Shown here one piece after another: positions 27,798 through 37,274 of a DNA stretch of 64,000 nt; within the stretch, counting starts at the first letter, position 1, and each line of letters starts with the position of its first letter. Both the position numbers and the translations under genes were made by a program. Under the pieces are notes generated by a model, which searched no databases, had not been told where the DNA came from, and saw only the letters and a list, made by a program, of their open reading frames with translations. This stretch comes from an uncultured Gemmatimonadota bacterium (GTDB taxonomy: Bacteria > ARS69), in NCBI GenBank assembly GCA_964571855.1, contig CAZNDO010000018.1, positions 3,886 through 67,885 on the forward strand. Direction: 5' to 3'.

Positions 27798-30700
27798 CTA
27801 CGGCCCCGCTTCCGCATCCGGCAGCAGCGGCCTTGCCGCATCCGCCGCCGCCCCGATGCCCTCGGCCGCCCCGCGCCGCAGCCGCACGTCCTCGTCGGTG
27901 ACCCACGCGATGTCCAGCAGCCCGCCGCGCCGCTGCCCGGTGCGGAGGTAGTTCGCCTCGTCCAGGCTCCGGCTCCACCCGTCCAGCCACTGCTCCAGCT
28001 CGCGGCGCAGCGCCTCGTCGCCCTCGAAGTGGACGATCAGGTCGATGTCGCTGTCCGCCTCCGCCGTTCCGCTCTTCGTGTTCCCGGCCAGGTACACCTG
28101 CCGCACGGGCCAGCGGTCCCGGTCGATCTCCGCCGCCAGGCGCTGCGCCATGTACTCGCGCCAGGACGAGGCGTGGTGCGAATCCGCCGCGCCGTGCCCG
28201 TTCCCGCCGCGCACGCCGGGCGCCGCCACGAAGACGGCCACCGCCTTGTCCAGCTCCCCGTTCATGAGCACGCTGAGCGTCTTCCCGCCGAGCGTGGCCG
28301 GCACGTCGATCACCTTCACCACGTGCTCCAGGTCCGCGAACTCCGGCAGCAGCTCCGTGAGCACGCTGCGCGAGCCCGTGAGGAACCGCTCGTCCAGGAC
28401 GTTGCCCGGCTCGTCCGGGTACAGCGGCAGGTACCGGATCCCCGCTTCCACCAGATCCTGGAAGAAGTGCGTGCCGAACGACAGGTCCGGCATGTACCCC
28501 TCGCGCCGCCGCGCGATCTCGGCCAGCAGCGCCGTGTTGTTGATGTCCGAGTACGTGACGGACACGCCCAGCCGCACGTCGCCGCGGCTGCCCCACCGCC
28601 CGGGGCCGAGCAGGATGAACTGCCGCTTCGGCAGCATGGCGTTCAGCCGCCCCACGGCCCGCCCCACGCGCAGGAACGCCTCGTGGTCCGGCAGCCCCGC
28701 GTACTCCTCCGGGTCCACGTACACCACGTGCGTCACGTTCGTGGCCGAGCCGTTGGACACGTGCCGGTTCGCGGTGAACAGCGTCTCCTCCCGGCGCAGC
28801 GTGCGCGGGATGGGCGCCGGCTGCGGCGAGAGCGAGTAGCTCTGCGGCCGGCATTGCAACAGGTACAGGTGCTCCCCGTCGGACGCGAACTCGATGTCCA
28901 CCGGACCGCCGAGCTTCTTCTCCAGCAATTGCAACAGGCCGCGGATCTGCGCCACGAACGGCGTCTCGGCCACGAGCCCGTCGAACGTGACGATCCACGT
29001 GCCCGTCTCGAAGTTCGATCCCAGCCCCAGGGGCCGCACGAGCCGCCCGTCCTCGAACCGGGACACGAGCCGGCGGATCTCCGGGTACTCCCGCCCGCAC
29101 GTGCGCAGCATCGCCTCGAAGTCCGCGGTCTCGAAGGTCCCGGTCTCCAGGTCGATCGCGTCCACCTTGCTCGGCGCGTACCGGACGATCTCCTCCGGCG
29201 TGATGTTCGCGCGGATGCCGGGCTGCCCCGGCGCCAGCAGCACGGGATAGTCGTCCCCCAGCCGGTCCACGGCCCGCGTGCCCAGCCCCGGGACCAGCCG
29301 GATCAGCCCGTCGGAGCGGCGGATGCGCGGCGACCACCGGAAGTCGTTGTTGCTGAAGGCCACGCCGGCGAACGCGGGCAGGAAGTACCGCCCCACCTGC
29401 TTGCCCACGACCTCCTGGATCATGATGCCCATCTCCTCGTGCACGTCGAGGAGGTCGCGCTCCGCGCGGTACTGGATGGGATCGGGGCTGAAGATGGACG
29501 CGTACACCTCGGCGATGGCGTCCTGCAGCGCCTCCAGCCGCACGCGCTTGGACCCCCGGTTCGCCAGGAACAGGCTCTTGTACTTCCCGGAGAACGCGGC
29601 CTCGGTGCCGTCCTCCAGCAGGCTGGAGCTGCGCACGATCAGCGGCCGCTGCCCCAGGTCGTCCAGCGCGAGCGACAGCCCGCGGATCACGTCCGGCGGG
29701 AAGTGCGAGTTCTTGAAGAGCTGGATGACGTGCGGGTAGTCCTGCCGGATCTGGTCGATGTCCTGGTACTTCCGGTCGTACAGGTCCTCGAGGTTGTTGT
29801 AGCGGATGAAGTCCAGCTGCGCGTCCGACGCCACGTACCAGGTCCGCGGCACGCGCACGTCCGCGAAGAGGTCGTCCGTGGCGTGCCGCGCGAGCTGCAT
29901 GGCCACGAACAGCCCGGAGCTCTTGCCTCCGAGCTTCCCGCGGCTGCGCGGCGTGGCGATGATGCGCGGCGCGATGTCGCAGAAGTCCCCCACGCGCACG
30001 GCGTCGCGCGCGGCGGCGATGAACTCGGTGCGCTCGGAGAAGAACCGCCGCAGGAGCGCCACGCGCAGCTGCGTCTGCGAGGAGGGCGACAGCGTGCTCT
30101 CGTCCACCCCGGTCCGCCGGAACCGGTCCAGCGCCTCGGTGATGTCCGCGAGCGAGCTGTCCAGCCGCTCCAGCGCGCCGGCCAGGTCCGCGCTCTTGTC
30201 CTCCTGGATCCACTGCTGGATCCGCTTGAGGATCTCGGCCTCCGAGAGGTGCTCCTCCGCCACGTCGAACGTGCGCTTGACCAGGGAGTCCACCTCCACG
30301 TGCCGCTGCCGGGCGGACGGCCGGTTCTCGGTGGACGACCCGGATGCGCCCGTGGGATCCGGCGCGAACTCCCGCAGCAGCTCCGGCGCGCCGGGCACGC
30401 CGTGCCAGCAGAGGTAGTTGATCATCTTGCGGGTCATGCGGAGCAGCAGCGCCTGGTCCGTGCGCCGCAGGAAGTCCAGGATGACGCGCCAGTCCCGGCC
30501 CGGGCTGCCCGTCACGTCCGCGAGGTGCGCGTCCTCCTTGATGCGCTCCGCGCGCGCGCGGTGCGAGAGGCGCAGCCCGGTGAGCTTCGCGAGCGCGCCG
30601 AGCAGCCGGCGCTCGCCCTCCACGAACGGCCCGTCCGCGTCTCCCGGACGCTCCTCCGTGTAGTACACGGAGATCTCGCCCACGGGATAGCCGTCCACGT

Positions 30701-30959
30701 CCAGCGGCGCGCTGAGCCCCCACGGCCCGGCGCGGAAGCCGGGCGACTCGTAGCTCTTCCCCTCGAGCGCGATGCGGCAGTGGCAGACGTCCGAGTGGCG
30801 CCAGCCGCCGGGAATGGCGGCGGCCAGCGCCAGCAGCATCTCCTCGATGGGACGACGGCGCCGGGACAGGATCTCCTCGGCGCGGTACAGGCAGGCGAGC
30901 TCCTGCTCGCGCTTGCCCAGCTCGTCCCGGAGACGATCCGCATCGGAACGGACGCCCAA
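27798..30959 (-). CDS. PEP-utilising enzyme N-terminal (PPDK_N / PEP synthase ATP-grasp-like) domain protein with a possible GAF-like N-terminus and a C-terminal polymerase-beta-type nucleotidyltransferase domain
   Basis: The PPDK_N-like core is present (GGKSSGLFVAMQL...LIVRSSSLLEDGTEAAFSGKYKS...GIMIQEV). The C-terminal NTase motif is GNTKSGTAEADSDIDLIVHF. The start is tentatively the in-frame TTG after a GGAGGA; the internal ATG (MLLALAAA) is an alternative. Confidence 0.6.
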   Translation of the reverse strand: MGVRSDADRLRDELGKREQELACLYRAEEILSRRRRPIEEMLLALAAAIPGGWRHSDVCHCRIALEGKSYESPGFRAGPWGLSAPLDVDGYPVGEISVYYTEERPGDADGPFVEGERRLLGALAKLTGLRLSHRARAERIKEDAHLADVTGSPGRDWRVILDFLRRTDQALLLRMTRKMINYLCWHGVPGAPELLREFAPDPTGASGSSTENRPSARQRHVEVDSLVKRTFDVAEEHLSEAEILKRIQQWIQEDKSADLAGALERLDSSLADITEALDRFRRTGVDESTLSPSSQTQLRVALLRRFFSERTEFIAAARDAVRVGDFCDIAPRIIATPRSRGKLGGKSSGLFVAMQLARHATDDLFADVRVPRTWYVASDAQLDFIRYNNLEDLYDRKYQDIDQIRQDYPHVIQLFKNSHFPPDVIRGLSLALDDLGQRPLIVRSSSLLEDGTEAAFSGKYKSLFLANRGSKRVRLEALQDAIAEVYASIFSPDPIQYRAERDLLDVHEEMGIMIQEVVGKQVGRYFLPAFAGVAFSNNDFRWSPRIRRSDGLIRLVPGLGTRAVDRLGDDYPVLLAPGQPGIRANITPEEIVRYAPSKVDAIDLETGTFETADFEAMLRTCGREYPEIRRLVSRFEDGRLVRPLGLGSNFETGTWIVTFDGLVAETPFVAQIRGLLQLLEKKLGGPVDIEFASDGEHLYLLQCRPQSYSLSPQPAPIPRTLRREETLFTANRHVSNGSATNVTHVVYVDPEEYAGLPDHEAFLRVGRAVGRLNAMLPKRQFILLGPGRWGSRGDVRLGVSVTYSDINNTALLAEIARRREGYMPDLSFGTHFFQDLVEAGIRYLPLYPDEPGNVLDERFLTGSRSVLTELLPEFADLEHVVKVIDVPATLGGKTLSVLMNGELDKAVAVFVAAPGVRGGNGHGAADSHHASSWREYMAQRLAAEIDRDRWPVRQVYLAGNTKSGTAEADSDIDLIVHFEGDEALRRELEQWLDGWSRSLDEANYLRTGQRRGGLLDIAWVTDEDVRLRRGAAEGIGAAADAARPLLPDAEAGP

Positions 30960-30988
30960 CGGATCCTCCCCCGGCCTCCCGCGGCCGA

Positions 30989-32296
30989 TCAGACCCAGCC
31001 GCGCTCCCGGCACGCCTCGGCCACGCGCGTGATGCCGATGACGTACGCCGCGTCGCGCATGAACAGCTTCTCGCGCTGCGCCAGATCGTACGCGGAGTGG
31101 AACGCCGCCGTCATCTTCGTGTCCAGCTTCGTCAGCACCTCGTCCCGGCCCCAGAAGTAGTTCATGTTGCTCTGGACCTGCTCGAAGTAGCTGCAGGTGA
31201 CCCCGCCGGCATTCGCCAGGAAGTCCGGGATGACCATGATGCCGCGGCCCTTGATGACCTCGTCCGCCTCCAGCGTGGTCGGCCCGTTCGCGCCCTCCGC
31301 GATCAGCTTCACGGTGGGCTTGATGGCGTTCACGTTGTCGGCGTGGATCTGGTTCTCGTACGCGGCCGGGATGAGGATGTCCACCTCCTGCTCCAGCCAC
31401 GCATCCGCCGGCAGCAGCTCGTAGCCCGCGTCCCGGGCCTTCTGCTTGTCGATGCCGCCGAACCGGTCCGTGATGGACACGAGCTGGTCCATGTCGATGC
31501 CGTCGCGCTTGCGGAACGTGTAGGCGCGCTTGTCGCCCTGGTCCCAGCACGCCACGGCCACGACCTTGCCGCCCAGCTCCTGGTACAGCCGGATGGCGTA
31601 CTGCGCCACGTTGCCGAAGCCCTGCACGCTGGCCACGGTGCCCGCCGCCTTCTTGCCCATCGCGGCCAGGGCCTCGCGCACGGTGTAGATCACGCCGTAG
31701 CCCGTGGCCTCCACGCGCCCGAGCGACCCGCCCAGCGCCACCGGCTTGCCGGTGATGAAGCCGGGCGCGTGGGTGCCGGTGATGGCCTCGTATTCGTCCA
31801 GCATCCAGATCATGTGCCGGGCGGACGTCATCACGTCCGGCGCCGGGACGTCGGACTCGGGGCCCACGTTCCGCACGATCTGGCGCACCCACTTCCGGCA
31901 GATCTGCTCCTGCTCCCGGTCGCTCAGCTCGTGCGGGTCGCAGATCACGCCGCCCTTGGCGCCGCCGAGGGGGATGTCCGCGAGCGCGCACTTCCAGGTC
32001 ATCCACATCGAGAGGGCCCGGACCGTGTCCAGGGTCTCCTGGGGGTGGAAGCGGATGCCGCCCTTGCACGGCCCGCGCGCGTCGTTGTGCTGGACGCGGA
32101 ACCCCTTGAAGACGCGGCGGCTGCCGTCGTCCATCTTGATCGGCATGAGGAACGAGTACTCGCGCAGCGGCTCCCGCAGGAGCGCGCGCGTGGCGTCGTC
32201 CAGCCCGATCAGGTTGGCGACGCGGTCGAACTGACCCTGGGCCACGTGGAAGGCGTTGAACGGCTTCACCGGCCCGGCGGTGGTGGTGGCGGTCAT
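30989..32296 (-). CDS. gdhA: Glutamate dehydrogenase (NAD(P)+-dependent, GdhA-type)
   Basis: The Glu/Leu/Phe/Val dehydrogenase signature is present (KGGIRFHPQETLDTVRALSMWMTWKCALADIPLGGAKGG) with a Rossmann fold (GFGNVAQYA), at 435 aa. Confidence 0.95.
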   Translation of the reverse strand: MTATTTAGPVKPFNAFHVAQGQFDRVANLIGLDDATRALLREPLREYSFLMPIKMDDGSRRVFKGFRVQHNDARGPCKGGIRFHPQETLDTVRALSMWMTWKCALADIPLGGAKGGVICDPHELSDREQEQICRKWVRQIVRNVGPESDVPAPDVMTSARHMIWMLDEYEAITGTHAPGFITGKPVALGGSLGRVEATGYGVIYTVREALAAMGKKAAGTVASVQGFGNVAQYAIRLYQELGGKVVAVACWDQGDKRAYTFRKRDGIDMDQLVSITDRFGGIDKQKARDAGYELLPADAWLEQEVDILIPAAYENQIHADNVNAIKPTVKLIAEGANGPTTLEADEVIKGRGIMVIPDFLANAGGVTCSYFEQVQSNMNYFWGRDEVLTKLDTKMTAAFHSAYDLAQREKLFMRDAAYVIGITRVAEACRERGWV

Positions 32297-32443
32297 CGGA
32301 AGACCTCTCCTTCGAGTGGACGCTGCCTGGCGCGTCCGAGGCCCACCAATCTACCGCGGGTCCGGGGCGGGGAGGAAGGGATCCCGGACGGAAGGGGAAC
32401 GGCCCGGAAACGGGCCTGGAGAGGCCCCTGGGGCCCGCCGGAC

Positions 32444-33985
32444 CTAGAACCGCCACCCCGCCGACGCGTGGATCTGCGTGGTCTTCTCCGCCGCCCCCCG
32501 GCTCCGCTCCACGGACGCCAGCACCAGCCAGGACCGCCCGACCGCGACGTCGGTGTCCAGGGACACCCAGGTCAGGCGCGTGTCGGCCCCCGTGGCCGCT
32601 GCGTGCTCCCGCCGCTCGCCGAGCGACGCTCCCACGTGCGCCCGGTTCGTCACGTTCATCCCCACGGTCCCCGACAGCAGCCAGCCGTCCGTGCGATCGG
32701 AGGTGTACCGCGTTGTCCGCGTGCTGCCCGTCAGGCTGCGGAAGCGCGCGGTGCCGGCGCGACCGCGCAGCGTGTACGCGTTCGTGCCGCCGGAGGAACC
32801 GCCGCCTGCGCGGCGGAAGTCCGCCGCCACGGACGCGCGTCGCGCCGGGCGGTACTCCAGGCCGCTCCAGTAGCCGTTGCGGTAGGCGTCGTCGAAGTCC
32901 GTCTCCGGGGTCACGAGGTTGCGGTACAGCCGCACGTTGCGCCGCGTGTCCGCCCCGCCGTCCACGGACCACTTGTCCGCGAAGCGCCAGCGGGCGTTCA
33001 CGAGCGCGCTCGTCGCCGTGACCGCGTCCTCCCCCGCCTTCCGCTTCCACCCGCGGGCCAGGTCCACTTCCTGCACGGCGAACGCCTCCAGCTTCCCGCC
33101 CGACATCCGGCCCTGCAGCGCGAAGTACTCGCGGTCGATCGTGGACCCCGCGTACGAGCCCACGGCCGCCAGCGTGAGCCGCCACAGGCCGGCCCGTCCG
33201 CCGCTGCCGCCGCGCTCGATCCACACGCCGTGCTCGCGGATGTCCGTGGACGTCCCGAAGGAGCGCGGGTCCGGCTGGTACCCGAAGAACCCGCCGGTCC
33301 CCCAGCGCTCGCCGCGCCACTCGGCCATGACGCCGTCGAACACGCCGACCGAACTGAGCGACGTGGACACCTGCCGCCCGAGGGCCGCGTGCGCGCCGCC
33401 GGTGGGGCGGCCGTACTCCGCGAGCAGCCGGTACACGCGCGTGCGCCCGGTGTCCTCGTCCGGCCGGTAGGTGCGGCGCGCGCGCGCGTCCACGGACACG
33501 CGCCACTCCCCCGCCACGCGTCCGTCCGCGCGCACGTCCACGCCCGGCTCGGAGTACCCGCGATCCAGGGACGACCCGTCCACGAGCCCCAGGTACCGCA
33601 CGTCGATGCGGCCGCGGAGCGGTCGGTCCCGCCGCGACGTCCGCGGCTTCGCCTCGGGCTTCGGCGCCTCGTCCACCACGGGCTCGCCCGCGCGCACGGG
33701 GCGGAAGGTGACGGCATCGCCCACGCGGATCTCCGCGTCCGGCTCCACGCGCCGGCAGGACGCGCGTTTGGACGACAGCGCGGTCACCTCGAGCCACGTC
33801 ACGAGCAGTCCCTCGCGGCGCACCTCGACCACCTCGCCCTTCGCCAGACCGGCCTCCGTGCCGGCGTCCACGTACACCGTGGTGGTCGTGACATAGCTGA
33901 CGGCGGCGCGAACGGTCTCCGCCGCGCGGGACGGGACCGCCGTGGCGAGCAGCACGGCGAGGGCGAGAGCGACGGCGCGCGGCAT
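32444..33985 (-). CDS. Outer-membrane beta-barrel protein (513 aa) translationally coupled to the upstream multihaem cytochromes; a putative porin component of a cytochrome conduit
   Basis: The signal peptide is MPRAVALALAVLLATAVPSRAAE. There are abundant amphipathic beta-strands rich in R, Y, W and G. The C-terminus is ...SAGWRF with a terminal Phe, the OMP beta-signal. The start ATG overlaps the upstream stop (ATGA). Confidence 0.7.
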   Translation of the reverse strand: MPRAVALALAVLLATAVPSRAAETVRAAVSYVTTTTVYVDAGTEAGLAKGEVVEVRREGLLVTWLEVTALSSKRASCRRVEPDAEIRVGDAVTFRPVRAGEPVVDEAPKPEAKPRTSRRDRPLRGRIDVRYLGLVDGSSLDRGYSEPGVDVRADGRVAGEWRVSVDARARRTYRPDEDTGRTRVYRLLAEYGRPTGGAHAALGRQVSTSLSSVGVFDGVMAEWRGERWGTGGFFGYQPDPRSFGTSTDIREHGVWIERGGSGGRAGLWRLTLAAVGSYAGSTIDREYFALQGRMSGGKLEAFAVQEVDLARGWKRKAGEDAVTATSALVNARWRFADKWSVDGGADTRRNVRLYRNLVTPETDFDDAYRNGYWSGLEYRPARRASVAADFRRAGGGSSGGTNAYTLRGRAGTARFRSLTGSTRTTRYTSDRTDGWLLSGTVGMNVTNRAHVGASLGERREHAAATGADTRLTWVSLDTDVAVGRSWLVLASVERSRGAAEKTTQIHASAGWRF

Positions 33986-35271
33986 CAGTGCCTCCCGTCC
34001 GGATGGCAGCGGTAGCAGGCCGCGCTGTTGTACGCGTACCCGGGTTCGCCGCGGTGCTTGTTGTCCACCTCGCTGCGATTCGAGTGCTCGTGGCACAGGA
34101 TGCACTCGAACACGGCGTAGTTCGCGGGCGCCACGTGGCAGTCCGCGCAAGCGGACCACTTCCCGCGATGCGTGCCGCTGTTGATCGGGAAGTAGCGGCC
34201 GTCGTGGTCGAACGTGGCGCCGTACCAGCCGGACGTGCCGTGGCAGTCGGCGCAGGACGTGGGGAACCCCGTGCCGGCGTGCGGCGGGTTCGTCGTGGCG
34301 TCGTACTCGCCGCGATGGCAGCCCACGCACTCGGGGGAGAGCGGTCCGATGGGTCCCGTGCCGTGGCAGGCCGCGCACTCGGCGCCGGCGTGCCGCCCCG
34401 TGAGCGCGAACCCGGTGACCGCATGGTCGAACGACGCGCCGTCCCAGCTCGCCGTCCCGTGGCAGCGTGCGCAGTCCGTGGGAAAGCCCACGGAGGCATG
34501 CGCCGGCGCCGTCGTGGCGTCGTAGTCCGCGCGGTGGCAGCTCACGCACTCCGCGGACACGCGCGCCGGCGGACCCTCGCCGTGGCACGACGCGCACTGC
34601 ACGCCGATGTGCGCACCGGTGAGCGGGAACGCGGTGGCGGAGTGGTCGAACGTGCCGCCCGCGAAGGACGACGTGGAGTGGCACCGCGCACAGTCCGTGG
34701 AGTACCCGCCCGCCACGTGGTCCGGGTTCTTCGCCGCCTGGTAATCCGCCAGGTGGCAGCCCTCGCACGTCTCCGCCGTCCCCGCGAAGCGCATGGCGCT
34801 CCCCGCCTGCGGCCGGTGGCAGGCCGCGCAGTCCGTGGTCAGGTGCGCGCCGGTCAGCGGGAACCGGCCGAGGCGATGCTGCCGCACGGCCTCCGCGCGA
34901 TCGATGAAGTCCCGCGTGGTGTGGCAGCGCGCGCAATCGATCCCCATCTCGCCCCGGTGCACGTCCTGGTGGCAGTCCGCGCAGCGGCTCCCGGACGTCT
35001 CCGCGAACTCCAGCGACGTGTGGCACAGGAGGCACGGCACGTCCTTGTGCGAGCCGTCCAGCGGAAAGCCGAACCGCGAGTGGTCGAACTCCGCGGTCGG
35101 CTTCGCCGGCGTCCACGACTCAGCCCGGTGGCACAGCGCGCAGTCCTGCTTGAAGGAACCGTGCGGGTTCGGCGTGGCCACCTGCGGCGTGACGGCCGCG
35201 GACGGCTCCGCGCCGCGGGCCGCCACGGGCAGGATCGCCATGACGAGAAGCACGGGCAGATGACGGAGCAT
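33985..35271 (-). CDS. Multihaem c-type cytochrome (16 CxxCH in 428 aa), secreted
   Basis: The signal peptide is MLRHLPVLLVMAILPVAARGA. Sixteen CxxCH motifs were counted. It is a paralog of the upstream 25-haem gene, and about 200 aa of the N-terminus are nearly identical. The start overlaps the upstream stop. Confidence 0.85.
   Translation of the reverse strand: MLRHLPVLLVMAILPVAARGAEPSAAVTPQVATPNPHGSFKQDCALCHRAESWTPAKPTAEFDHSRFGFPLDGSHKDVPCLLCHTSLEFAETSGSRCADCHQDVHRGEMGIDCARCHTTRDFIDRAEAVRQHRLGRFPLTGAHLTTDCAACHRPQAGSAMRFAGTAETCEGCHLADYQAAKNPDHVAGGYSTDCARCHSTSSFAGGTFDHSATAFPLTGAHIGVQCASCHGEGPPARVSAECVSCHRADYDATTAPAHASVGFPTDCARCHGTASWDGASFDHAVTGFALTGRHAGAECAACHGTGPIGPLSPECVGCHRGEYDATTNPPHAGTGFPTSCADCHGTSGWYGATFDHDGRYFPINSGTHRGKWSACADCHVAPANYAVFECILCHEHSNRSEVDNKHRGEPGYAYNSAACYRCHPDGRH
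34600..35190 (-). repeat. About 590-bp segment roughly 90% identical to 36535-37125. It is the shared N-terminal tetra/octahaem module of the 16-haem and 25-haem paralogous cytochrome genes.
   Basis: The two DNA stretches align by eye nearly base for base (for example cttcgccggcgtccacgactc[a/g]gcccggtggca[c/a]agcgcgcagtcctgcttgaaggaaccgtgcgggttcggcgtggccacctgcgg). Confidence 0.8.
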
Positions 35272-37274
35272 CACGACCTCCCGTCCGGGTGGCAGCGGTA
35301 GCACGCCGCGCTGTTGTAGGAGTACCCGGACTCCCCCTGGTGGTCCCGATCCACCTTCGCACGGTCGGAGTGCTGGTGACACAGGATGCACTCGAAGACC
35401 GAGTAGTTCGTGGGCGACACGTGGCAGTCCGCGCACGTGGACCACTCGCCGCGGTGCCGGCCGCTGTAGATCGGGAAGTACAGACCGTCGTGATCGAACG
35501 TGGCGCCGTCCCAGCCGGTCGTGCCGTGGCAGGCCGCGCAGTCCGTGGGGAACCCGGCGCCCGCGTGCGGCGGGCTCGTGGTGGCGTCGTACTCCGGGCG
35601 GTGACAATCCACGCACTCCGGCGACAGTGATCCGATCGGGCCCGTGCCGTGGCACGCGGCGCACTCGGCGGCGGCGTGCCGGCCGGTCAACGGGAAACCG
35701 GTGGAGGCGTGATCGAACGACGCGCCGTCCCAGCTCGCCGTCCCGTGGCAGGTGACGCAGTCCGTGGGGAATCCCACCGACGCGTGGCTCGGGGACGTCG
35801 TGCCGTCGTAGTCGGCGCGGTGGCACCCCACGCACTCCAGCGGCGGCGGGCCGGAGCCGCCGTGGCATTGCGCGCACGTCGCGATCAGGTGCGCGCCCGT
35901 CAGCGGGAATCCGGTGGTGGAGTGGTTGAACGTGGCGCCCGGCCACCCGGAGGTCCCGTGGCACGAGGCGCAATCCGTGGAGAAGCCCACCGCCGCATGG
36001 TTCGGATCCGTGCTCGCGTCGTACTCGCCGCGATGGCAGTCCACGCACTCCGGCGAGATCGACCCGATCGGCCCCGTGCCGTGGCAGGCCGCGCACTCCG
36101 GCCCCAGGTGGCGGCCGGTGAGAGGGAAGCCGGTGGACGCGTGATCGAACGACGCCCCGTCCCAGCTCGCCGTCCCGTGGCACGTCACGCAGTCGGTGGG
36201 AAAACCCACGGACGCGTGGCTCGGGGCGGTGGTGCCGTCGTAGTCCGCGCGGTGGCAGCCCACGCACTCGGACGGCGGCGCGCTGCCCGTCGCGCCGCCA
36301 TGGCAGTCCGCGCACGACGTCACGACGTGCGCGCCGGTCAGCGGGAAGCCCGTCCCGGCGTGGTCGAACGTGGCCGTTCCCCATGCGACGGTGGAGTGGC
36401 AGGACGCGCAGTCCGTGGGGAAGCCGACCGCGGCATGCGGCGGGTCGAGCGTGGCGTCGTAGTCCGCGCGGTGGCAGCTCGCGCACTCGGCGGACACCGG
36501 TCCCGGCGGGCCCTCGCCGTGGCACGCCGCGCACTGCACGCTCGTGTGCGCCCCGGTCAGCGGGAACGCAGTGGCGGAGTGATCGAATGTTCCGCCCGCG
36601 AACGACGACGTGGAGTGGCAGGCCGCACAGTCCGTGGAGAAGCCGCCGGCCACGTGGTCCGGGGACTTCGCCGCCTGGTAGTCCGCCATGTGGCAGCCTT
36701 CGCAGGTCTCCGACGTCCCCGCGAACCGCATGGCGCTCCCGGCCTGCGGCCGGTGGCACGCGGCGCAGTCCGTGGTCAGGTGCGCGCCGGTGAGGGGGAA
36801 GCGTCCCAGGCGGTGCTTGCGCACGGCCTCCGCGCGGTCGATGAAGTCCCGCGTGTCGTGGCAGCGAGCGCAGTCCATGCCCATCTCGCCGCGGTGCACG
36901 TCCTGGTGGCAGTCCGCGCACCGGCTCCCCGACGTCTCGGCGAACTCCAGCGACGTATGGCACAGGAGGCACGGAACGTCCTTGTGCGAACCGTCCAGCG
37001 GGAAGCCGGTCTTCGAGTGATCGAAGTCCGTGGGGCTCTTCGCCGGCGTCCACGACTCGGCCCGGTGGCAAAGCGCGCAGTCCTGCTTGAAGGAACCGTG
37101 CGGGTTCGGCGTGGCCACCTGCGGCTTCGCGGGTGCGGACCCGGACGCCGCGGCGCCCTCCCCGGCAGCGGACGAAGCCGCCGGCATCGCGGCGAGCGCG
37201 AGCGCCCCGGCTTGGACGGACAGGCGGAAGAGCAGGCGGACCGCGGGCGGGCGGCGGATCATGGCGAACCTCAT
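35271..37274 (-). CDS. Multihaem c-type cytochrome (25 CxxCH in 667 aa), secreted, built from repeated ~50-aa dihaem modules
   Basis: The signal peptide is MRFAMIRRPPAVRLLFRLSVQAGALALAA. Twenty-five CxxCH motifs were counted by hand. An internal near-identical ~144-aa tandem duplication is present. The start ATG overlaps the upstream stop (ATGA). Confidence 0.85.
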   Translation of the reverse strand: MRFAMIRRPPAVRLLFRLSVQAGALALAAMPAASSAAGEGAAASGSAPAKPQVATPNPHGSFKQDCALCHRAESWTPAKSPTDFDHSKTGFPLDGSHKDVPCLLCHTSLEFAETSGSRCADCHQDVHRGEMGMDCARCHDTRDFIDRAEAVRKHRLGRFPLTGAHLTTDCAACHRPQAGSAMRFAGTSETCEGCHMADYQAAKSPDHVAGGFSTDCAACHSTSSFAGGTFDHSATAFPLTGAHTSVQCAACHGEGPPGPVSAECASCHRADYDATLDPPHAAVGFPTDCASCHSTVAWGTATFDHAGTGFPLTGAHVVTSCADCHGGATGSAPPSECVGCHRADYDGTTAPSHASVGFPTDCVTCHGTASWDGASFDHASTGFPLTGRHLGPECAACHGTGPIGSISPECVDCHRGEYDASTDPNHAAVGFSTDCASCHGTSGWPGATFNHSTTGFPLTGAHLIATCAQCHGGSGPPPLECVGCHRADYDGTTSPSHASVGFPTDCVTCHGTASWDGASFDHASTGFPLTGRHAAAECAACHGTGPIGSLSPECVDCHRPEYDATTSPPHAGAGFPTDCAACHGTTGWDGATFDHDGLYFPIYSGRHRGEWSTCADCHVSPTNYSVFECILCHQHSDRAKVDRDHQGESGYSYNSAACYRCHPDGRS
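35477..36269 (-). repeat. Intragenic tandem duplication (2 x ~432 bp) inside the 25-haem cytochrome gene; each copy encodes a ~144-aa, 6-CxxCH module
   Basis: Protein residues 336-479 and 480-~600 are near-identical (ECVGCHRADYDGTT[A/S]PSHASVGFPTDCVTCHGTASWDGASFDHASTGFPLTGRH...). The corresponding DNA is visibly near-identical. Confidence 0.8.

Noticed and set aside
27798-34499. 2233-aa ORF suggesting a giant protein
   Set aside because: Only the segment 27798-30959 has protein-like sequence (PPDK_N-NTase). The upstream part overlaps gdhA and the OMP gene out of frame and is low-complexity.
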